A DNA stretch of 64,000 bases from Tubulanus polymorphus (taxonomy: Eukaryota > Animalia > Nemertea), in the NCBI RefSeq assembly GCF_964204645.1, contig NC_134025.1:1488001-1552000 (forward strand), written 5' to 3'. The position numbers were made by a program, and so were the translations under genes. Of this stretch, positions 18,492 to 31,213 are shown piece after piece; the first letter of the stretch is position 1, and each line of letters opens with the position of its first letter. Below the pieces are notes generated by a model. It worked only from the letters and a program-made list of their open reading frames with translations. It ran no database searches and had not been told where the DNA came from.

Positions 18492-21400
18492 ATGGTAAGT
18501 GTTTAATTAACGGTAATTAATAGATGATTTATATGTTTAAATGAGCCGGTCTGGTTGTGGTGACAGGTCTGTGGTGTTGTACAGCACGGCGGCGGCGGAG
18601 ATTGTGACGAGTTTTTGTTGAATCAGCTGCATCAGCCATGTCTCAACCCTTCTATCGATTCTCACGCTGCTATAAACATTTAATCAATTGTCATTGTCAC
18701 GTAATGAAGAATTGATAATTTTGGAGATGATATTTTATTTGAAACTGGTCTTCAATTCAAACTCAATGCTTTCCTTCTCGTTCAGAGCTGGATGGGAGAA
18801 AGAGAAAGCTGAGCCTGTCTAGAATAGTCACCATGATGAGTCAGTATTATGAGTCCATCCAAGTAGTATTTCTGCTGTTTTTTGCTTGGTAATGAAATTT
18901 GTGTAAAGCTATTCATAAGGATACGCTTATGATGTAGTTGAAAAAGCCATCTGATTGTGAAGCTAAACCACAGTTACTGGATAAACCACAGTCCTGTTAC
19001 TGGACTTACACCACACTGTCCCTTATTGAGAATAAACTGCAGTCCGTTTCTGACTAAACCTCAGTACGGTTACTAACTATTGTTGGCCTGATTTTTACAG
19101 GGATTTAGATAAAAAGTCTCATGATGCTAAGTCTTTTGCAATTGTTAAATGATTGTGCTTGAATTTTTGATTTTAGGCAAATCATGATGAACCTCCATAC
19201 CTAACAATCGGCACCGATGTGTCGGCTAAGTATCGCGGAGCTTTTTGCGAGGCTAAAGTGAAAAAAGTTGTCAGATGTGTCAAATGTAAAGTAAGTCGAT
19301 TCACAGATGTTTCCATTCAAGCAGGTGTTCAGAATATCACTTATAAAATCTGAATATCTTAAATCTCTGCAGGAAATTTCTGTTTATAATTTCAATGCTG
19401 TTCTGTTTTAGATATCGTATAAATCAAATGGCACCAGTGCTGTTGTAACTGATGATTTGGTTTCTGGAAATCTGAAAGTAAGTTTTGTAACTGTGTAGGG
19501 GAAAAGCGACCTAGAGATTGAATGTGAAATTTGACATTCGTATCTAGGATGTATGTTATATGAAATCTCTACGAAGAGAGAAAGAAAAAGAGTACAAAGT
19601 GTTTCCTTTAGTTAATGATGTGTTTTTGACTATATCCTAATAGTTACCATCTACAGGCGTGTATAAGTTTCAGTTCCACAGCTGTCAGTAAAAGTTAGTT
19701 AGAATAACTTAATTTTCAAGGAGTTAGTTTTAGTAGAGTCAAACTCTGTGTAAAGTGGGTCCTGTAGATGACTTATAGGATATGCCCGTAGTCAATACAT
19801 TGCAATAAATCATATTAATTAGTTCTAGGTAACATTTTGGATTCTTTTTCTCTGTCCTAATGTGAATGTTTAAAGCGTCTAAGACTTATTTATCAATGAA
19901 TAATTTGTGTTTTGATTGCGCAGGTTGGTTGCTCAGTAGAAGTGAAACAATCAGATGGAAGTTTACTGGAAGGAATCATCAGTAAACTGACTGATAGCAG
20001 CATGTACACAGTCGGTATGTATTAAACTATAGACCACCTCATGTGACAATAGACCTGTCCCACTATTCATCAGACTCATATTGATCTGTCATCAACAGTC
20101 AATTGATCATTAGAAATACTGCTCAATTTAGTTCAAATTAACAATAACCAGGTAATTAGTGATACCAGTAGTTCTATGTTGTTTGTGTCAGTAACGTGTA
20201 ACATGCTCGTTCTACAGGATCTGACACCAGTTGAAAATTGTATGTTTTATTTGAGGAAAAATGCTTTAAAATTTTCAACTACTAGATAAATACCATGATA
20301 AATGATGTCATTTATCTGCTGCTGTTTTAAACTTGAAGCAATTTTTCAGCGACTGAACGTAATTGTATTGTAATTGTGGCGTTATCTTTTTATAGTTTTT
20401 GACGATGGCGATGAACGAACTCTTAGGAGATCTCAACTGTGTCTCAAAGGTGAAAGACATTTCATCGAAAGTGAAGTAAGTGAAAATACGAATGATTTAT
20501 TTAGAAATTGCGGCAATGAAAAACCTGCCGGCATATGATGACATACGTTTACTAATGTTGTTTGTATTTGATATTTAGACATTGGACCAACTGCCTCTTA
20601 CCCATCCGGAACATTTCGGCACGCCGGTCATGCACGGCAGTAAGAAAGGTCACAAGAGAAGAAGATACGGTGCTGCGTAAGTGATCAATATTTGTATCAT
20701 GACCCAGTGTTAAAAAAGAATCAGAGAAAACTCTTACAAATTTTACCAAAAACCTCGAAAACTAGAAGAATCAGAGAAAACTCTTACAAATTTTACCAAA
20801 AACCTCGAAAACTAGAAGAATCAGAGAAAACTCTTACAAATTTTACCAAAACCCTCGAAAACTAGAAGAATCAGAGAAAACTCTTACAAATTTTACCAAA
20901 AACCTGGAAAACTAGATCAGGGAAAACTTAAAGGGATTTCTCGTCGGGTGGAAAGTGACGACCCTGAGTGTGGAAGTTGATGCGGGGAATTTGAATTTAG
21001 ATATATGTTTTACAGAGAGGATTCGAGCGATGAAAGCGAAGATGAAAGTCCTCCGAAAAAACGAACGTACGTCGGACGTTTACAGGATATGATCGGACGC
21101 GTTGTCTGCGTGGATACATCCGATAAACGCAAGGGAAGTTGGTATCCGGGATTGATAGTTCAACCATCGGCGGCGGATATTACGCTTACCGCTAAAACTC
21201 ATTTACTCGTTCGATCGTTTAAGGACAGTCGATTGTAAGTATTCAGTAACCGTCAACGGATCGAGAACCGCCATTAAAACTGACGATTATTTTTCGTATT
21301 CTAGTTATGCCGTACTGAAGAAAGAAACGAAAGAATTCACGCGTGATATCGCCATCAAGAATGAGGAAAAAATTCTCAAATCTCGTAAGTATTAAAATGA

Positions 21401-24400
21401 AAGTTTAATTTGCACTATGAATGGTGCCTTCAGAACCTAGCTGCCACCCCTTAGACAATCGGCAGTCTGTACCTCGCACCCCTCAGACAGTCTGCAGACT
21501 CGACCCTGAACACCTTAAAATCAGCATTTGATTTATATGGTTGTCTGCGTAGAGAAGCAGGGTACAGACTGCTACAGATACTGATAGATAGTTGCACTAG
21601 TAGATTCACTACTACAGTAGTTTCACTGTTGTTTCATTAATTTCTGCGTCTTGTGTGTTTTATTTATCGTCTGTAGTTGACACATTATTTATGTATTTAT
21701 TCTGTAGCGATAAAAGCGACGAAAGGTTAGCTTCATCCTCTCTCTCTCTCATACCTTAAGATATCTTAACAACACGTTTCATTTATGTCGGGTTTTAAGG
21801 ATATTTTTCACTCTATACAAATATTGTTGTGTTTTGTCGGTGCTAACAGTTTTGATTTATTGAAATGTGTATTCGTTGTCTCTGCTCGTGTTATTGATTA
21901 CAGTCAAACTTGCTCAAGTCATTTAATCACTGACTACATCGATTTTTGGGTCTGAATTTGTATTTTCAATTCAATTTACTTAGTCGGTATTTGGATAAGT
22001 CATCCACATAATGACAATCACAACTATGACAATTTAACAGACGTTTTATTTCAAATTGACGGAAAATAAGCCACAATTCTGCTCATAACTAATAGATATA
22101 TTAATTGTACTTACAGCTATAGAGAAAGCTTTGTTGTTCTTGGACAGTAAAGAACTCCCTCCATCGTGGATTAAAGAGGAACTACTCGGAACTGACTCCG
22201 AAGGTGATGATGATGGTGAAGAGGTAAATAATGATAACGATGATTGTTAACATCTTGTAAATACTGCGGGTTGAGAGAAAGTTTGTGCTTGAAACGCTTT
22301 GAATTTGTTTTGCAGTTGAATAACGATAGCGAACAGGCTTGTGAGGAGAGGGATCGGTTTGTGGCTGAACTCTATAAATTCATGGATGATAGAGGTACTG
22401 TTATTACTGTCTAATGTTATATCAACACCTGCTAATTGACCAGTATTAACTTGTTAACGTATTTGTTCAATTCTGTTTCCAGGAACCCCTATTAACAAGG
22501 CCCCGGTTATCGGAATGAAGGACTTGAATCTCTATAAATTGTTCAAGATAGTGAAAAATCTCGGTGGATATAATAAGGTTAGTTGCGAGAAATCGCTTGC
22601 TGTTCATCCACTTGTTTCATTCACTGTGATTTAGATGAATATTTTTCAAATGGTTTTGTAGGTGACTAATTTGATGAAATGGCGTTTAGTCTATTCAAGA
22701 ATGGCATTACCCGCCAGCAATACAGCATCACAGCAGATTAAAACTGCTTATAAAAAGTAAGTAAACAATCAACTTAAATAACCGTATTGCATCAATGCTT
22801 TGTACACTAAACTGCGCTTATATCTTTGATGTCTTGGAGTCCAGTTAATGTCCAAGACAGTAAGTGAATTCTTGGGCAGTCAGAGTGTCGATGAGTTATC
22901 AGTGTATTGTAGTAGAACATGTTTTGGTATTCAGTCACGTGTGGCACGTTATAATCCGAGCAGATGACCCTGTTACAAGCGCAGGGTCTCCACTACATGT
23001 ATCTATATTGACTGATATATTGTATCGTGTTGTTTCAGGTATTTACACGCATTTGAAGACTTTCACCGTAAACTGGGAACGTCAATGGGAACAGTTAGTC
23101 GACCTAGTCGTAGTCGCCATGGCAGCGGACGTAATGTTTTACCGTTCCGGGAACGCGAATCTCCAAAGAGCAACGACAGCATTAAAACAGAGGATGAATT
23201 ACTGTGTGATAGCGATACTGAATCTAATCAGGTACATACATGATTCCACTTGTGGCGAGTGAGGGTCCGGATATGCAACTGAAGCACATTTCGTTAAGGA
23301 AAAACTGATTAGGTTTTGCTATGATAGCTAAATGCTAAATCATTGCTATGATAGGCCACTGGTTTCAGCAGCTTATCGTAGCAATGATTTAGATTTTGAC
23401 TTTAAGTAGGAAATAGCGAAAAGTAGTTTCCTTCCGATTTATGAATTCTTTTGTCAATTACAGAGTAAGAATAGAGGTGTTAGTCCTCAAAAGAAAGGAC
23501 GTTTAGCCGGGAAAAAAGAGACTGTGATAAAAGCTGAATCGGCTCCACGTGTGCTGAGAACTGCAATAAAGAAAGAGAAAGACGACATTGTCGTAGAAGA
23601 CGATGAAATAGCGTCAGAAGATGTGCCAAAATCGAGTCCGCGAAGAGGACGCGGACAGAGAGTCCGAGACGAGAGCGAGGATCGGAAAATAACCGCAGCC
23701 GGCGGAAAAGACGAAACGAAATCCGAGAAAACTAAAACGGAACCGGAAACTCGAGAACGACGAGCGAGTAAAATCAGTCTGAAAGACGACGAGAATAATA
23801 AAACTAACGCGAAGAGAATTAATACGAGTTCGGTGAAAGATTCATCGGTTAAAACGACCGCGACGACGACGGCGACGACGATACCGAAAACACCGACTAG
23901 AATGAGCAGTATTACTGAGAAAACACCTTCAAAACGCACCCTTAAAACACCGGCTAAAACACCATCAACAGCAGCAGCAGCCGGAGTTAAATCTGTGAAA
24001 ACAATCAGTGAGAAATCTAGAATATCAAAGGGCAGCGCATTGGATAAAACACCGGCGAAAACACCAGCTAAAAATAACATCAAATCATTCAATGAAAAGG
24101 TACAATTTTATAGTTTAATGTTTCTTATATATGCAAAATTTATGATATTTTGGCGGAAATTAGTTTTATATTTTGATATGTGTTTCAGACGCGTAAAAAG
24201 AAGAAAGACGATGAAAGCGACAAGAAGGACGAAAAGGACGAAGCGAAAGGAAAAAGCAAAATGAAAATCAAGACGGAAATCTCAACGGATCAAGAAATGT
24301 TAGACGACGCACAATTGAATACGAACGAAGAGGAAGAAATACCCGAGAAACAATCGTCGCTTAAATTCGACAACATCCCGATCGGAAGTCGTTTACGGAT

Positions 24401-27400
24401 TCGATACGGTCGCGGACGAACTCAGAATATTTACGAAGCTAAAGTCATCAAAGCGGAAAAAGATGGCAACGTCATGCAGTATTTGGTGCATTACGCCGGC
24501 TGGAATATCAGGTGTGTGACTCGCACTGAACCATCTTTAATTGCTGCTTCTATCTCAGTATTACATACATTATAGGTTATAGTGGGATGAAATTATGCGC
24601 GTATTTGAAATGGTTGTTGATGTTTTTTTTTAGATACGACGAATGGATCAGAAAAGAACGGATTTTAAGTCGTATCAGAGACGTTCCATCTGGTAAGAAA
24701 ATAAAGATGAAAACACCTCGAGGGAGACCTCTTCCGGGAACAATCATCGCTCCACCTACGACTAAGGTACACATTCATATCGTTAAATACAGTACTTATT
24801 TCTATAAGATTTTGCGCTTGACGCAAACAACGTTTTCTCGTTTATCTGAATCATTTTCAGCCGGTTTTAGCAAAAGACGTAAAAGAAACGCCGAAAGTTC
24901 GCGCAACGAAGACGTCTGTTTCTACGCCGGCGCGCTCTATTAGCGTTGATGCGAGTAAGAAATCTAACGGGAAACCTGCGGTGATCGGATCATTGAACAG
25001 CGGATCTAAACCACGTCCTACTCGGTCGAATAGTGTGGAAATAATGCCGTATCCAACTGGTTTACCTGGTGAGTGTATCCTATATCCATCTGTGGAATAC
25101 ATTGATTCATTTACACATAATGAAAAAACCACAATAGGAAGTAAACATAATTTAGGATTTAGACGTTTTAACTTGAATGCTACGAGTCAATTTCAAAAAT
25201 AGATCTACTGTATTTCGCAAGTGCAGCTATAACAACAGCTAAAAACATCGAAATGCTCTATTGTTCTTTATATTGTGGGATTTTCCTTCAAATGAATTAG
25301 AAAGTCGCTGTCTATAGAAACCAATCTCTAATGTTGTGTTTTTGTTTTGTATTTATAATAGTTGTGAAACGTAGAGGGGCTCGACGTATGTCTGGACATA
25401 CTGAAACAGAGGCTCATTCACAAGGTACATTGTTTATACATAATTCAAGGTTCCACTATGATGTACTACACATGCTCTACCGGTGTCATTGACATAATCA
25501 ATTTAGACCAGTCTTAAGAAGATTTCAGACCATTTTTGAACCCCTTGATGATCATTGATCACCCTATTTCTGAAGAGTTCAATAGTAACTGTATCAATGA
25601 GTATTGTATTGTGTTGTATCAAATATTGTGTATTTATTTCAGGATCCGACACAGAAACTGATGGAAGCGAAGATACAGAGGAATACGGAGATACCGTATC
25701 GAGTCAGGAAGAAACGCCTAAAGACGCGTCTGCAGACGTCGCAGGTACCGAGGCAGACGACGAACAATCGCAGGACGATACGACAGTCGATAAAAAACAG
25801 AAAGAGGATCTCTCCGCCGAGAATATCTCCGTTACCGAGGAGATTAGCGACGTCCCTAAAACTTCCGCAGGAGAAAAGAATGAAACAGAAATTGAGAAAC
25901 GAGATGTTAAAATGGAAGTGATCTCGGAAGTGGTTTCACCGGTGATTGAGAAGAATGAAGAAGTCGAAGTTAAGAAAGAGAAATCGGAGATGGTCGAAGA
26001 GGTGAAAGATTGCGACGGTTCAAATGAAGAAAAAACGGACGCAGTAGCCGTGGTGAATACCGACTTAGAAATAGAGGACGACGTAAAACCAGTAGAGCTG
26101 AGTGACGAAACAAACATATCAGAGATTGCGAAATCGGTTGAGGATAACGCGATAAAATCGTTATCAGAGATAGAAACTACCGGTGAAATAGCGAACGAGG
26201 AGAATAGAACGATAGTTGAGGAAACGAGTGTTGAGACGAGTAATATCAGCGAACAGTTGGATCAGATCGTAGCTGATGTCATTAAAGGAGGAGACGTACT
26301 GTGTACGTTGGATGAGAATGAGGAGGGTGATGGAAAGGATACCGGCAAGAAGAAACAACAACGCGCGAGCGCTGGTGGCGTTTTGACGTGTGAGAAAAAA
26401 CCGGCCAAGAAAAGAATTTGTCAAGAAGACGACGGCCAGGATGAGGCTGAGGCTGAGAAAGAGAAAAAGAAGAAACGCACGAAAAAGAAGAAGAAGGTCG
26501 ACGATAAAGAGGCTGAAATCGATGAAGAGATCGATGGGAAAACGAAGAAAAAACGATTAAAGAAAGAAACGGCTTCGGAATCGACGAATGAAGAGAAGAA
26601 TAAAGAATCGTCAACAGCGGAATCTGTAGATAACGCAGCGGGAGAATCATCGGCAGCTGTGAGATCGGCTGCAGGTGCGGCGAGTAATTCCGATAATATT
26701 CCCGTCGACGATCATCATTCGGAAACCGGTCCAGTCTCGACGATATTCGATAACACGCCCCCTACGACTCCGGACGGGTCGGTGATGAATTCAGAGACGG
26801 CGATGTCGTCGTCGTCGCAGGAAGACGATCAGAGCACGACGAAAAGTGAACAAGACGCGAACGCCGAGGTTGAACGTTACATGGCGTCGTTAGAACGTAA
26901 AGAGGGCAGTGAGTCGCCACGTGGCGGCGGAGTGACTACAGCGACGAGTTCCGACGCGGCTAGCGTCGAGGTCGTCACTTCTTCCGCGTCGTCGATTGCT
27001 AAGAGAAAAGTCGGAGATCAGAACGGAACGGAGGCAGAGAAAACGACGTGTAAAAAACGTCGGCGGTCTCGAAAAGGAGGAAAAGTTGGACGACCTCCCG
27101 GGGTTAAAAATCACGGTTAGTGTTGAATTAGTTCATATTACAGTAGACTTCACTCGCGTGCTTCGAACAAAACGCATTAAAAACAGTGAACTGAAAAAAT
27201 CCTTATCAAGGCCTTGATTAGGAATAAATAATTTTCGTAATAATAAAAAGAAGGCGGTGAAAGTCTACTGTAGATATTACAGTTAGATTTTATCTAACTG
27301 TAAGATTTGATATTGATACTTGTTGTCTTACTTTGATAGCGAGTGATAGTGATGAAATTGCCGGTCGTAGTCCACAAGCCGGTTCAAACACCCCTGAACA

Positions 27401-28577
27401 ATCGACGTCATCTCCTGTTAAAAAACGATCTCCCAGACCTTCGCGATATAACTTCTATCTCGGTGAGTGCTGTTTTATTTCACAATTGACTGAAACGATA
27501 TCGTACAGCGATAACCTCTGGATAATTTAACATCCCAAAAATAAGAAATTTTAAAGCGAGTCATAAATGATTCCTTGAGTTCAAAGTTTTGAGTGTTATC
27601 CATTCAAGTAATTTTCTCAAGGAGTATCATGTGATAAACTATTAGCTCCAGGAAACATTTTAGACTTTATTTTTCAATTCATTCTCAGTATGCTAGTTTT
27701 ATTTCATTGTCACAACACGTAAAGACATCTCAATGAATTTTAGTTTTGAGTTATCAACAAATATTGAGTTGGTTAGATAGCTTTTATATAGTTGTTTTAC
27801 AATGCAATGAATTTAACTGGGTTTATCAACAATGTTTCAGATCCCGAACAAGAAGATTTGGATCGCGAGAAGAAAATTGAACTGTTATCGGAACGTATAT
27901 CAGAAATACGTAAGATCTATATGCAGCTGAAAGCGGAGGTAGCGATGATTGACAGACGTAGGAAACGAGCTCGACGAAAAGAACGCGAAGCTTTGAGTAA
28001 GTTATTAGCTATTCTGTGTGTATGAATGTGGGGTTGATTCCAGGCTGATTAGTGCAGTACCTCTATACTGTATCGTATGCAGGTATAACAAATAAAAAAC
28101 TCACAGTATCTGTAGAAACAGTTGCGAGGTTAAAACTAAACCTCATCTTCGGTGGAAGAAAAAATACAATCGCTTTGTATTTTTTGTTCCTCTGAAGATG
28201 AGGTTTAGTTTTAACCTCGAATCTGTAAGGAAATAAACTGTTTCTACGGATACTGTGAGTTTTTTATTCGTTAACTCTACACTGAGATTTATATCAGTTC
28301 ACTGCAGGTATCAACAATCTGCAGTTTACCCCTGTAAAACGTAGCGCATGTCTGTGGAGGGATGAATGGGGTACAGACAGCAGATCGATACCTGCATTAG
28401 TTTGAAATTGACAAATTAAAACTAATTTGTGTTGATTAAATTCCAGGCGCTCAACAGCAGCAGCCATTGCAACAGCAGCAGCTGCAGAAGGTGGTACCAA
28501 CAGTGGAACCTGAGCAGCAGCAGCAGATGACAGAAGTAACTGTTGCATCTGCAGCTACAGCTATGACTCAGAGTTGA
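18492..28577 (+). CDS. ARID4B: AT-rich interactive domain protein 4 (ARID4A/B-like): Tudor, RBB1NT, ARID, chromo-barrel, acidic region, C-terminal coiled coil
   Basis: Exons 18492-18494 (ATG), 19177-19290 ([25 protein letters not shown]), 19412-19477, 19924-20014, 20396-20475, 20579-20676, 21016-21234, 21305-21384, (21708-21725), 22117-22223, 22316-22394, 22483-22577, 22662-22756, 23039-23231, 23464-24099, 24189-24511 ([11 protein letters not shown]), 24634-24766, 24861-25068, 25362-25424, 25643-27115, 27340-27462, 27841-27996 ([21 protein letters not shown]), 28447-28577. Probably co-orthologous to vertebrate ARID4A and ARID4B. Confidence 0.95.
20717..20930. repeat. 50-bp tandem repeat, about 4 copies, ARID4 intron
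   Basis: tcagagaaaactcttac recurs at 20721, 20771, 20821 and 20871. Confidence 0.95.
27141..27270. mobile_element. TA-flanked MITE with CAGTAGACTT termini
   Basis: ta-cagtagacttcactcgc...gcggtgaaagtctactg-ta. Confidence 0.65.
28086..28273. mobile_element. Long inverted repeat (foldback), probably an inverted pair of Penelope-like terminal fragments
   Basis: Near-perfect arms of about 80-100 bp; right arm contains CTGAAGA-T-GAGGTT-loop-AACCTC-GAA followed by AATAAA. Confidence 0.6.
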
Positions 28578-30479
28578 CCTTGTCCGGAATCTATTTCATC
28601 TACATAAACTGTGCCATCTTTGTACAGTGTACATATCGATATCAAATTGACCTGTATACAATGTAAATAATAATGATATTCTTCTGTTCTCTTCAATCAA
28701 TGAACGTTAATCTTTCTCGGGCAATTCAAATAGTTTTATCGAGTAGAAACAGTCTTGCGATTCAATTTTCCACTACTGGGTGACGATGTTATGATCGGAT
28801 ATTGTGATAAAGCCTACTTAATAATATAAACACATTACGAAAACCGGTTGTTTTTATTACGAGTAAAAGAATTGTATTTACGTTTTAAGTGTTTTATTAT
28901 GAAATGATTCTGTGCTTAAAGTGTGATACAAACCTATGCATCGGTTCAAATTGTAATTAAATGTTTTTCCACCTAGTATCAGGGGTTCATTCATTTATTA
29001 CGTACGCATTAGGTGAGGGGGGAGGGGTCGGTGCAATTGTAATGCTTAATGTATACGAAAAAATGGCCGATTTTGCGTACAGAGGGGGAGGGGTGAAAAA
29101 GTCAAATTTCATGCGTGGGTAATAAATGAATGATCCTTTGCGCATTGTAATGTAATGTAATGTAAGGCCAGTTTAAAACTTCATTACGAAGTGTGCAATC
29201 ATTATTAGCTAACCATTGACAACATACCGCAGTAGAGGGGTTGATTTGAAAGGTAAAATGAAAGAGCTTATCGGGGGTAGATATGTATATGTAATTCACC
29301 AGTTGCCTCAAAGACTATATGTACTCATTCATTCGATGCTTGTAAAAAAAAAATGCTTGAAATCTTTTGTATATTATTGACGGGGAATTTTTAAATGAAT
29401 TTCTGCGTCTTCGCATTAAAAATGCCCTTGAATATTATCTCATTGATGTAAATATTCTTTCAAATATAAACTATATATTGCATAGATAGAATATAATGAT
29501 ATGTTAGGTGTATATGATCCTATCTGAAACTGAATGCTTTTAATTTCAATGTTAGCTGAGCTACCGATGTTCGTTCATCTATCTCATCAGGGGGCATTCA
29601 TACTAGTACGTTCTACCATTATGAGAGTGATGTCTGAAATTTCACTTTCCCATTTGATGATATGGAAAGGTGTACTTTATGAATAACCCCTGTCAGTTCT
29701 TCTGTATTCGTTCTCAAATATTTATGTTCTACATGTGTAAAGATGGTATCCATTATTCTACAATTGGTTGATGCTTTTTGTAAGTTTTGCATATATTGAA
29801 CTACGATGAATGTATTTGCACCGGAATGTATGTTATATTTAATACAAATTATATATATATATATAAATATATATTACAAATGATATGCTACGTGGAGAAT
29901 ATTTGTCATTCGTTAATATAATACAAGAAAAATATGGGAATTTTTAACCAAGAAATTGAATGAAGGCATTTATTTGAGATAAAGATGTTTAAATAAACAC
30001 GAAATGATTAAAAGAATAGTTTGACTTTTTCCTTTGGCGGCAATTTTTAGTCTGACGTGGATCAGTATTTCTGTCATTAAACTAAGAAAATTAATATCGA
30101 CGATTCAGGCAAGATTAGTTCTCAGAAATTCCGCCAACGATTAACATAGGGGCAGCACTTGACGGTTGCCATCTGGTTCGGCTAGGTATTCCGCTGTGGC
30201 ATGCGAGTATTAAACCCCATTCTATTTCAGCATACTGTTACTTTACTTAAGTTGAATCAGAATTTAATACGAGTTTTAGGCATTTCAGTCGAACTCTTTG
30301 GCCCAGCGACTCTAAATGCCAAGAGAGTCTACCTCGGGTCTCGACCACTGGTTTTTATTACAGCGACACAGAAACAATTTTGCGCGGCGCTTAGTTTGAA
30401 GCACATGTTTAGTTTCAGCCATTCCACAGCGGCCAGTCAAGCGTTTAACACTTTGTCACACGCCCATTGAACAGATCTA

Positions 30480-30555
30480 CATAGTTGGCTAAATGGTAGA
30501 CTCAGCGACTAACAAATCGACGTCCCGTGTTTGATCCTCAACTGTTGACCATGTA
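30480..30555 (+). mobile_element. tRNA-derived SINE head remnant
   Basis: A-box-like tggctaaatggtag and degenerate B-box gtttgatcc; no cloverleaf. Confidence 0.35.
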
Positions 30556-31213
30556 CACGAAATCATATATTTTTTTCCATCCAATTCAACAATAATGTCA
30601 ATAACAATTAATCGATTAAGTTAGATTAAATAAACTGATAAATAATTCAGAAACAATTAATTAAGAATTTGTATGAATAAAAATTAAGTCAGAAAATTAT
30701 GAAACCTATTTGCTTATAGGTATTGACGACCAGGAGAATCTTATTTTTAGTAGCTACCTCCTCGGCAGAAAACCTCATTTACAAAGCAAGATTTCATTAG
30801 AAAATAAGAATGAATGCATTTTGTCTTATTCTTCATTAAATATGATTTTAAGATTTTAATTGGTGATTCTTATAGAGCCTTAATCATAGGATCAAGTGAT
30901 AAACGTCTTGTGATATTGATTATATTCTAATCAACAACATGATGTAATATTATTAATTAGTGTTTATTTTACTATTATTTATTCTCTTTTTCTGAACAGT
31001 CTTTCAGAAGCTCGTGTTGTTGTAAGTTGTAACTGGTTGTAACTATTTTTGTCGCTTGCCGATTATTGATCGATAGATTGATTTTAGTTAGTTTCGTGGT
31101 GTCTGTTGATCGCGTGATCACTCGCGCTTCATTCGTCTATCAGCTCCGATTGCTAACAGTCTCGTTTCCACGGATACGACGTGTATTCATTGTTGTAATG
31201 ATATTTCGTTGCT

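Noticed and set aside
23487-27114. Long minus-strand ORFs opposite ARID4 exons
   Set aside because: Antisense shadows of low-complexity charged coding sequence.
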